The notes under the pieces were generated by a model. It ran no database searches. It had not been told where the DNA came from and saw nothing but the letters and a program-made list of their open reading frames with translations. The position numbers and the translations under genes are program-made. A DNA stretch of 64,000 nucleotides from an uncultured Gammaproteobacteria bacterium (GTDB taxonomy: Bacteria; Pseudomonadota; Gammaproteobacteria; Steroidobacterales; Foliamicaceae): positions 13,335 to 77,334 of the forward strand of contig CAYMQG010000080.1 in NCBI GenBank assembly GCA_964392625.1. The letters are read 5' to 3'. Shown here piece after piece: positions 51,547 through 58,693 of the stretch. The first letter of the stretch is position 1. Every line of letters starts with the position of its first letter.

Positions 51547-52065
51547 TCACTGGTGTCGCGGGGGGCGGGGCGTCAGGACACGCCGAAGATATGCGCTGCC
51601 CTCGTCCCAGCCCTTCGTGTGCGGCGACTCGGGAAACTCCAGCTCGGCCACCGCGCAGGTAGGGAACTTTCCGTAGAGCACCGCGAAAGCCTCCTCTTCG
51701 CCTTGGCCGGCCAGGTACAGCGCCAGTTCCTGCAGGGCGGGATTATGGCCCACCACCATGATGTCGCCGGTGCCCTCCGGCAGTGCGTGCAGGCACTGCA
51801 GCACGGTTCCCGGACTGAAGGTGTACAGCCGTCGCATGACCTCGATGCTGAGGTCGGCGGGAAGGCTGGGCAGGACACCGCACAGCGTCTCCACCGCCCT
51901 GCGTCCGGCGGAACACAGGATTCTCTCGGGGGCGCATCCCACGGCCGCCAGTTTCTCTCCCATCGCGGGCGCATTCTTCCGGCCCCTGGGGGCCAGCGCC
52001 CGGTCGAAATCGTCGGCGGAATACGGCCCCGCCTTGGCATGACGCAACAGCCACAGGCGCTTCAT
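51547..52065 (-). CDS. sixA: SixA-type histidine-phosphatase-superfamily protein
   Basis: MKRLWLLRHAKA (RHG/RHA catalytic motif) ... MVVGHNPAL. 172 aa from the ATG at 52065. The stop lies only 7 nt before the MotA-like start. The 1026-aa track ORF containing it is otherwise antisense to ppk. Confidence 0.8.
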   Translation of the reverse strand: MKRLWLLRHAKAGPYSADDFDRALAPRGRKNAPAMGEKLAAVGCAPERILCSAGRRAVETLCGVLPSLPADLSIEVMRRLYTFSPGTVLQCLHALPEGTGDIMVVGHNPALQELALYLAGQGEEEAFAVLYGKFPTCAVAELEFPESPHTKGWDEGSAYLRRVLTPRPPRHQ

Positions 52066-52167
52066 GACGGAACGAGGGGGGCGCGCCCTCCTCTCCAGGA
52101 ATTGCTCATAACTCCTGTATGCTACTCCGATCATGGGGCACATTCCACGCCATCCCGGAACACGCAA

Positions 52168-54375
52168 ATGACGCCCGCGTCCGCCAAGCCGCGAGCGTTG
52201 AGCGAGGTGGAACGCGTCGCCGGCCGCCTGATCAACCGCGAGCTGTCCTGGCTGGAATTCAACACGCGGGTGCTGGAGGAAGCCGGCAACGAAAACCACC
52301 CGCTGCTGGAGCGCGTGCGGTTTCTGTCCATCTCCGCCAGCAACCTCGACGAGTTCTACATGGTGCGCGCGGCCGGGCTCATGGCCCAGGTGGCGGCAGG
52401 CGTCACAAAGACCAGTGCCGACGGGCTGACCCCCGGCGAACAGCTCGAAGCCATACGCGAACAGGTAAAGAGGCTTCTCAAGGCCCAGTCCGGGCGCAGC
52501 GCGCAGTTGCTGGCCGAATGCCGCGAGGCCGGGGTGGCGGTGGTAAAGCCCGAGGAACTGGGCAAGCAGGCCCGTGAGTGGCTGTCGCGATGGTTCGAGA
52601 ACCAGTTGTTTCCGGTGCTGACTCCCCAGGCGGTCGATACGGCGCACCCCTTCCCCTTCATTCAGACCGGCTGCCTGGTGTACGTGCTGCGGCTGATGCG
52701 GCCCGCGGACAAGCACGAGATCAACGGCCTGGTCCTTGTCCCCCCGCAGATCGAGCGGTTCGTGCGTGTTCCCGGCAAGGCCCTGCGCTTCGTCGCCGTC
52801 GAGGAAATCATCGCCCGCAACTTCAGGCTGCTGTTCCCCGGAATGAAGATCCTGGGCCACGGCATCTTCCGCATCAGCCGCGACAGCGACCTTGAAATCG
52901 ACGAAGAAGCCGAGGACCTGGTACGGACCTTCGAGACCGCCCTGCTGCGGCGCCGCAGAGGCAACGTCATACGGGTGGAAGTGGCGGCCGGCATGCCGAA
53001 GAACTTCCGCCGGTTCGTTCTCAAGGCGTTCAACGCCTCGCACGCGCATGTCTTCAACATCGACGGCATGCTGGGGCTGGCGGACATCAAGCAGATCATC
53101 ACGGACCAGCGCCGCGACCTGCAGCACGAGCCGCTCAACGTGCGCTTCCCCGAACGGGTACGCGAGTATGGAGGCGACATTCTCGCCGCCATACGCGCCA
53201 AGGACTTCGTCGTGCAGCATCCGTACGAGAGCTTCGACGTGGTCGTGCAGTTCCTGCGCCGCGCCACCGACGACCCGGCGGTCGTGGCCATCAAGCAGAC
53301 CCTTTACCGCACTTCCGAGGACTCGCCGATCGTCGAGGCGCTGATCGCCGCCGCCGAGGCCGGCAAGCTGGTCACCGCCATGGTCGAGCTTCGGGCGCGT
53401 TTCGACGAAGCGGCGAACATCCGCTGGGCGCAGGAGATGGAGCGCGCCGGCGTGCAGGTCGTCTACGGCTTCATGGAACTCAAGACCCACGCCAAGGTAT
53501 CGCTGGTGGTGCGCAGGGAAGCGGGCGAATTGCGGACCTATACGCACTTCGGCACCGGCAACTACCATCCGGTCAACGCGCGCGTCTATTCGGACCTGAG
53601 CTTCTTTACCTGCGACGCGGCCCTGGGGCGCGACACCGCGCGCCTGTTCAATTACATGACAGGCTACGCGACGCCCGAGGACATGGAAAAGCTGGTTTAC
53701 GCGCCGGCTCAGATGAAAAGCAGCCTGGTCGAGTTGATCGAGGAGGAAGTCGTCCATGCCCGCGCCGGGCGTCCGGCGGAGATCTGGGCCAAGCTCAACT
53801 CGCTCGTGGACCCCGAGATCATCGACTGTCTCTACCGGGCGAGCCAGGCCGGGGTGCGGATCGAACTCTACGTCCGGGGGATTTGCTGCCTGCGCCCGGG
53901 CGTACCCGGCATGTCTGAGAACATCCAGGTGCGCAGCATGGTCGGCAGGTTCCTGGAGCACTCGCGCGTCATGTGTTTCGGCGCCGGCCACCAGCTTCCT
54001 TCCACAGAGAGCAAGGTTTACGTATCGTCCGCCGACTGGATGCCCCGCAACCTGCATCATCGCGTGGAGACACTGGTGCCGATCGAGAACGAGACGGTCA
54101 AGCGGCAGCTCGTGGAGCAGGTCCTGATGGCGAACCGCTTCGACGTGATGCAGAGCTGGCAACTCGGACCCGACGGCGCTTACCGCCGCCTTGACCATCA
54201 ATCGGGCGATTTCAGCGCCCACACCTGGTTCATGACCAATCCGAGCCTTTCCGGCCGCGGCAGCGCCCTGCGGGAGTCGCGTCCGGCCATGCCCGGCGAA
54301 CTGTTTCCCGAGACCGGGGGGCCCACCGCCGCGGAAGACGAACCCCGCCCGACACTGGTCAAAGCCGCCGTCTGA
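52168..54375 (+). CDS. ppk: Polyphosphate kinase 1
   Basis: INRELSWLEFNTRVLEEA...PLLERVRFLSISASNLDEFYMVR, the autophosphorylated-His region ELKTHAKVSLVVRRE, and two PLD-like HKD-type C-terminal domains. ATG at 52168. The upstream 205 codons of the track ORF are rejected. Confidence 0.95.
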   Translation: MTPASAKPRALSEVERVAGRLINRELSWLEFNTRVLEEAGNENHPLLERVRFLSISASNLDEFYMVRAAGLMAQVAAGVTKTSADGLTPGEQLEAIREQVKRLLKAQSGRSAQLLAECREAGVAVVKPEELGKQAREWLSRWFENQLFPVLTPQAVDTAHPFPFIQTGCLVYVLRLMRPADKHEINGLVLVPPQIERFVRVPGKALRFVAVEEIIARNFRLLFPGMKILGHGIFRISRDSDLEIDEEAEDLVRTFETALLRRRRGNVIRVEVAAGMPKNFRRFVLKAFNASHAHVFNIDGMLGLADIKQIITDQRRDLQHEPLNVRFPERVREYGGDILAAIRAKDFVVQHPYESFDVVVQFLRRATDDPAVVAIKQTLYRTSEDSPIVEALIAAAEAGKLVTAMVELRARFDEAANIRWAQEMERAGVQVVYGFMELKTHAKVSLVVRREAGELRTYTHFGTGNYHPVNARVYSDLSFFTCDAALGRDTARLFNYMTGYATPEDMEKLVYAPAQMKSSLVELIEEEVVHARAGRPAEIWAKLNSLVDPEIIDCLYRASQAGVRIELYVRGICCLRPGVPGMSENIQVRSMVGRFLEHSRVMCFGAGHQLPSTESKVYVSSADWMPRNLHHRVETLVPIENETVKRQLVEQVLMANRFDVMQSWQLGPDGAYRRLDHQSGDFSAHTWFMTNPSLSGRGSALRESRPAMPGELFPETGGPTAAEDEPRPTLVKAAV

Positions 54376-54381
54376 CAGCCA

Positions 54382-55875
54382 GTGCCGGGCGTATTGCGAA
54401 CCAGCCCCGCGACCCCAAGCGAGGCGCCGGTAGCCGTGATCGACATAGGCTCGAACTCCGTTCGCCTGGTCGTCTACGAAAACGGCGGGCGGGCGCCCCT
54501 GCCGATATTCAACGAAAAGGTCCTGTGCGGGCTCGGCCGCGGGCTGGACCGGACCGGCAGAATGCCCGGGGACGGTATCCGCCTGGCCCTGGAGAGCCTC
54601 CACCGGTTCGCCCGCCTGTGCCCGCAAATGGGCGTTCTTGAAGTGCAGGCGGTCGCGACCGCGGCGGTCCGGGAGGCGAGTAACGGGCCGGAGTTCCTCG
54701 ATACCGTGCGCTCCGAATGCGGCCTGGATGTCCGCTTGTTGACGGGCAACCGGGAAGCCGAGGTGTCTGCCGGCGGAGTCCTGAGCGCAATTCCCCGGGC
54801 GAGCGGCGTTGCGGCCGACCTGGGCGGCGCCAGCCTGGAACTGACGCTCCTGGACAACGGGAGTGTGGCGGAGCGCGTTTCACTGCCGCTGGGCACGGTG
54901 CGCGGAAACGGCGAGGTGTCCATCGGGGAAAGCCGGGAGACCATTCGGGGCCAGCTTGACGGGTTGGACTGGCTGCCGCGGGCGCGCGGACAGTCCCTGT
55001 ACCTGGTAGGAGGCTCCTGGCGGGCATTGGCCCGAATCCACATGGACGAATCCGGCTACCCGCTGCATGTCATACATCACTACGCGCTGGAGGCCGCCGA
55101 CGCTTCGGAATTCTGCGGGATGCTGGCCGACTGGCCCCGCACGCGCCTGGAATCGGCCAAGGGACTGCGGGCCGACCGGCTGGAGTCCCTGCCCTTTGCG
55201 GCGGTCGCCCTGCAATCCGTGCTGGAGCGCAGCGGCGCCGAGCGGGTCGTGTTTTCCGCCAACGGCCTGCGCGAAGGCTGCCTGTACGAAGCCCTGACGC
55301 CGCTTGAACAGCAGATAGATCCCCTGCTGTGGCTGTGCGAGAGCGCTGCCCGGCGCATGGGCCGCGGGGGCTCGGGCGGCGACCTTCTGGCCGGGTGGAT
55401 CGCGCCGGCGCTGGAAGGACTGGTGCCTGACAAGCTCAGGCTGGCTGCCTGCCACCTGTCCGACATCGGCTGGTCCGAACATCCCGACTACCGGGCCGAG
55501 CAGGTATTCCTGCGCATATTGCGCATGCCGCTGACCGGCGCCGATCACCGCGAACGAATCATGCTCGGCCTGGCCGTCGCATCGCGCCACGCCGCCATCA
55601 CCCCGACACTGAAGCGCCTGGGCCTCGGCACGCTCGTCGACAAGAAAGAGAAGCGCCAGGCAGTCTGTATCGGCCTGGCCATGAGGCTTGCCTACACGAT
55701 TTCCGGCGGGGCCGTCAGCGTCCTTGAGCAATTCCGCCTGCAGCGGAAACCGGAAGAACTCGTGCTGACGGCGCCGGAAGGCGCCCACATCCTGGTCGGG
55801 AACACGGTCCAGCGCCGCTTGCGCGTCCTGGCGGAAAGGCTCGACCTCGACTATCGGATCCGTCTGCGCGCCTGA
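54382..55875 (+). CDS. ppx: Exopolyphosphatase (Ppx/GppA family)
   Basis: VAVIDIGSNSVRLVVYE, DLGGASLELT and LVGGSWRALAR motifs of the ASKHA-fold Ppx/GppA. GTG start 6 nt after the ppk stop. Confidence 0.92.
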   Translation: MPGVLRTSPATPSEAPVAVIDIGSNSVRLVVYENGGRAPLPIFNEKVLCGLGRGLDRTGRMPGDGIRLALESLHRFARLCPQMGVLEVQAVATAAVREASNGPEFLDTVRSECGLDVRLLTGNREAEVSAGGVLSAIPRASGVAADLGGASLELTLLDNGSVAERVSLPLGTVRGNGEVSIGESRETIRGQLDGLDWLPRARGQSLYLVGGSWRALARIHMDESGYPLHVIHHYALEAADASEFCGMLADWPRTRLESAKGLRADRLESLPFAAVALQSVLERSGAERVVFSANGLREGCLYEALTPLEQQIDPLLWLCESAARRMGRGGSGGDLLAGWIAPALEGLVPDKLRLAACHLSDIGWSEHPDYRAEQVFLRILRMPLTGADHRERIMLGLAVASRHAAITPTLKRLGLGTLVDKKEKRQAVCIGLAMRLAYTISGGAVSVLEQFRLQRKPEELVLTAPEGAHILVGNTVQRRLRVLAERLDLDYRIRLRA

Positions 55876-55887
55876 CGGTACGGCGCG

Positions 55888-56259
55888 CTAAATATCGGTT
55901 GGCCACACTACCGGGTTGTCGGCCGACAGGGGCTCCGAAGGCGTGAACTCCTCCAGCACCTCATCGCTGCCCAGCGCCTCCTCGATGCGGGCCAGGTCTT
56001 CCTCGATCGAGGTCACCTCCGTGGACAGCTCTTCCTCCACGGGAGATCCGTCTTCTCCCCGGGCCGGCGCATCGGCCGGAGTTGCATTGGAGGGCGGGAT
56101 GCTCTCCCGCCCAGCGGGCACGCCCTCGTTGTCGGGCGCCGCGTCCTCTGCGGTCCTGTCCTGCTGCGCGAGCCCCAGCCATCCGCCCACACGTTCGGCG
56201 GCCCAGGTCAGGCCAACGGCCAGGCCGATAACGGCGACAACTGCGACGACCTTCTTCAT
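55888..56259 (-). CDS. Small N-terminally anchored/secreted acidic protein (hypothetical)
   Basis: MKKVVAVVAVIGLAVGLTWAA followed by a Pro/Asp/Glu-rich tail (…EEELSTEVTSIEEDLARIEEALGSDEVLEEF…). The ATG at 56259 forms an ATGA overlap with the stop of the FGE-domain gene. Confidence 0.6.
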   Translation of the reverse strand: MKKVVAVVAVIGLAVGLTWAAERVGGWLGLAQQDRTAEDAAPDNEGVPAGRESIPPSNATPADAPARGEDGSPVEEELSTEVTSIEEDLARIEEALGSDEVLEEFTPSEPLSADNPVVWPTDI

Positions 56260-58676
56260 TCGGGTTCCTGCAACTCGGCGTAGCGCGCCAGGCGAAATCC
56301 TACATCGAGCCTCTCCTCCTCGCCAAAATCGCGGAACGCCCAGCGCAGTTCGCGCAGCGTCCCGTGCAGCCAGCCCGAACCGCGGATCACGTAAAAACGC
56401 CCCTCCTGCGGACCGCGCGGGTCCACCTCGAAGCCGGGATAAAGCGTATCGGTGCCGTAGTAATCGCCCGTCCACTCGGCCACGTTGCCGCCAAGATCGT
56501 AGAAGCCCAGCGGGTTGGCCGGAAACGAACCGACCGGGGCCGTGAAGGGAAAGAAGTCGTTGTAGGCGCTCAGCACGTTGGTGACGAGGCTGCCGGCCGA
56601 CTGGTCCGCGTAGTTGCCGGAGCGTGCCGGAGGAGGCATGCGCTCACCCCAGGGATAGCGCGAATTCCCCGCGCCGCCCCGGTAGCGGGCCGCCCAGACC
56701 CACTCCGCCTCGGTCGGCAGGCGATAGCCGGTCCCCGGCTCGGTCACCGGAATCAGCCGGCCGGAACGGCTCTGATACTGAAGCGGCAGGTTTTCCTGCG
56801 AACTCAGCCAGTTGCAGAAGGCCGCGGCGGCCTGCCAATCGACGTTCACCGCGGGGCTGCTGTCGGCCGCCAACGAACGGAAGCGCTCGGCCCCGGAGGT
56901 GTGGTTGGGAATGAAAGCGCGAAATTCCCGGTTGGTGACTTCCTTGACGCCCAGGTAGTAGCGTTTCGTGAGCCTCACCCTGCGGCGCACCTCGTTGTTG
57001 CGCCATCCCTGCGAACCGCGCTGCGATCCCATCTCGAACTCGCCGGGGAACAGCATGACCATTGACGCTCCCTGCGACGTTTCGATTTCCGTGGGCTGGG
57101 CGGCCAGCATCTGCTGCCGCGGCGTCAGGAGTTCCACTTCCACCTCCTGCGGATAGGCGGGCTGCGGAACGACCTCGCGCGACTGCGCCACGTAGCCTTC
57201 CAGGCTGAATTCGAGCTGTTGCTCGGTTGAAGGCAATTGAAGGTCCAGCGGGGTCCGACCGGCTGGCTGTCCGTTGACGCTGACCTGCGCTCCGGACGGA
57301 CGGCTCAACAGGCGAATGGTACCCAGACGCGGCTCGAGACGAATGGTCAGGGACTGCTCGGCGCCCCGACCCAGCGTCACCGTGCGTTCCTGCGACTCGT
57401 AGCCCGCCCGGGCCACCACCACGCGGTGCGCCCGGTCCGGGCTCACCTCCACGGTCGCAGGCGATCCTCCGCGAAAGTCCCCGTCCACGGTAATGCTGGC
57501 GCCCGGCGGGTCCGTCCGCACGCGAAGCACGCCTGCGGCAGGTTGCAGGCGGATGACGGGCAGGACCTGCGGCGAGCCGGCAACCACGGTCAGCCGTTCG
57601 CGATGCGTGGCGAATCCCGGCCTGGAGAACGACAGCATGCGTTCGCCGGACAGCAATTCCACGGTTGCCGGAGTTGTTCCCAGGACCTGTCCTTCCGATC
57701 GCAATTCAGCCCCCGGCGGATCGCTGCTGGCGAGGACCTCCGCCCAGTCCGGCTCCAGTTCGGCTCTGAACGGCTCCAGGTCGCCGCCGCCCTCCACGGC
57801 CAGCGCAATGCTCAGGTCCTTGTAGCGGAGCGCGCTTACGCTCAGGGCGTAAGTGCCCGGGCTCAGCGAGATTTCCTCGCCGGGGGAAAACACCTGGTCC
57901 ACGCCCTCGATACGAATCTCCGCGCCGGCCACGGCATCCACGACCACCCGTCCGGGCAAAAGCCGCATCGCGAAGCGAAATTCCTGACTGCCTTCGCCCC
58001 CCACCTCGATCTCTTCGTCCAGCGGGTAATAACGTTCCCGTTCAGCCCTGACCCGGTACCGGCCTTTCCAGAGAAGATAGCGGGACCCCACGTGCGGAGT
58101 GGGCAGCAGCGCGTCAACCTCAACGGCAACGTCGGCGGGCTCCACTTCAATCAGCACGCCTTCCGCGGTAAACACGAAGACGGCGCTGACGCCCAGCAGC
58201 GCCAGCAGCACGCCTGCCGCCAGGCGCAACCACAGGCGGCCCTTGTGCGCCGGCACGGAGCGCGAATCTCCGGCAGGCCGGCGAACCGCTATTTCGGCCG
58301 TGGCGTCTTCGTCGTCGGCCAGTTCGGGCGGCCTCGTGTCCCAGGCCTGCGCCAGGTAGCTCACATTCAGGCGCATAGCTTCGGGCGAAAGCGAGTCCAC
58401 CGTTACCTCCGCTCCGGCAATGGCGAGCCGATCGCCTTCCTCCAGCCACTGTGCGCCGCTGATCGGCTCGCCGTTCAGCAGAAGGCCGGAAATGCCCGGA
58501 TAGCACTGCACCAGGGCCCGGTCGTCGAGGAGATTGATGCTGGCCGCCGGAGGCGCGCCGGCCGGGCCGGGGAGGCGAATATGCGCGCCCGCGCCGCTGC
58601 CCAGCAGCACGGGCAGCTTGTCCGCCGCGAGCGTGCGCTCGCCCTCGGGCAGCACGAGAACCACATCACGCGCCAT
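56256..58676 (-). CDS. FHA-like N-terminal domain - TM - multiple PEGA domains - C-terminal FGE/SUMF1 (formylglycine-generating-enzyme-like) domain protein
   Basis: 806 aa. The N-terminal roughly 100 aa are beta-rich and FHA-like (LLNGEPISGAQWLEEGDRLAIAGAEVTV), but the canonical SRxH is not evident. TM is LWLRLAAGVLLALLGVSAVFVF. Repeated PEGA-type units are present (e.g. LRVRTDPPGASITVDGDFRGGSPATVEV). The C-terminus carries FGE-sulfatase motifs (YRLPTEAEWVWAAR, GNVAEWTGDYY, RGSGW). Confidence 0.8.
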   Translation of the reverse strand: MARDVVLVLPEGERTLAADKLPVLLGSGAGAHIRLPGPAGAPPAASINLLDDRALVQCYPGISGLLLNGEPISGAQWLEEGDRLAIAGAEVTVDSLSPEAMRLNVSYLAQAWDTRPPELADDEDATAEIAVRRPAGDSRSVPAHKGRLWLRLAAGVLLALLGVSAVFVFTAEGVLIEVEPADVAVEVDALLPTPHVGSRYLLWKGRYRVRAERERYYPLDEEIEVGGEGSQEFRFAMRLLPGRVVVDAVAGAEIRIEGVDQVFSPGEEISLSPGTYALSVSALRYKDLSIALAVEGGGDLEPFRAELEPDWAEVLASSDPPGAELRSEGQVLGTTPATVELLSGERMLSFSRPGFATHRERLTVVAGSPQVLPVIRLQPAAGVLRVRTDPPGASITVDGDFRGGSPATVEVSPDRAHRVVVARAGYESQERTVTLGRGAEQSLTIRLEPRLGTIRLLSRPSGAQVSVNGQPAGRTPLDLQLPSTEQQLEFSLEGYVAQSREVVPQPAYPQEVEVELLTPRQQMLAAQPTEIETSQGASMVMLFPGEFEMGSQRGSQGWRNNEVRRRVRLTKRYYLGVKEVTNREFRAFIPNHTSGAERFRSLAADSSPAVNVDWQAAAAFCNWLSSQENLPLQYQSRSGRLIPVTEPGTGYRLPTEAEWVWAARYRGGAGNSRYPWGERMPPPARSGNYADQSAGSLVTNVLSAYNDFFPFTAPVGSFPANPLGFYDLGGNVAEWTGDYYGTDTLYPGFEVDPRGPQEGRFYVIRGSGWLHGTLRELRWAFRDFGEEERLDVGFRLARYAELQEPE

Positions 58677-58693
58677 GTTTCACGCCCCCCGCG

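Noticed and set aside
51553-52167. The N-terminal 205-codon extension of the ppk ORF.
   Set aside because: It overlaps sixA on the opposite strand. PPK1 homology begins right after the ATG at 52168 (INRELSWLEFNTRVLEEA), and the extension is Arg/Gly-rich noise.
52066-54627. The upstream 850 or so codons of the 1026-aa minus-strand ORF 51547..54627.
   Set aside because: Only the last 172 codons, from the ATG at 52065, look like a real protein (SixA-type RHAKA phosphatase). The rest is antisense to ppk and has no recognisable features.
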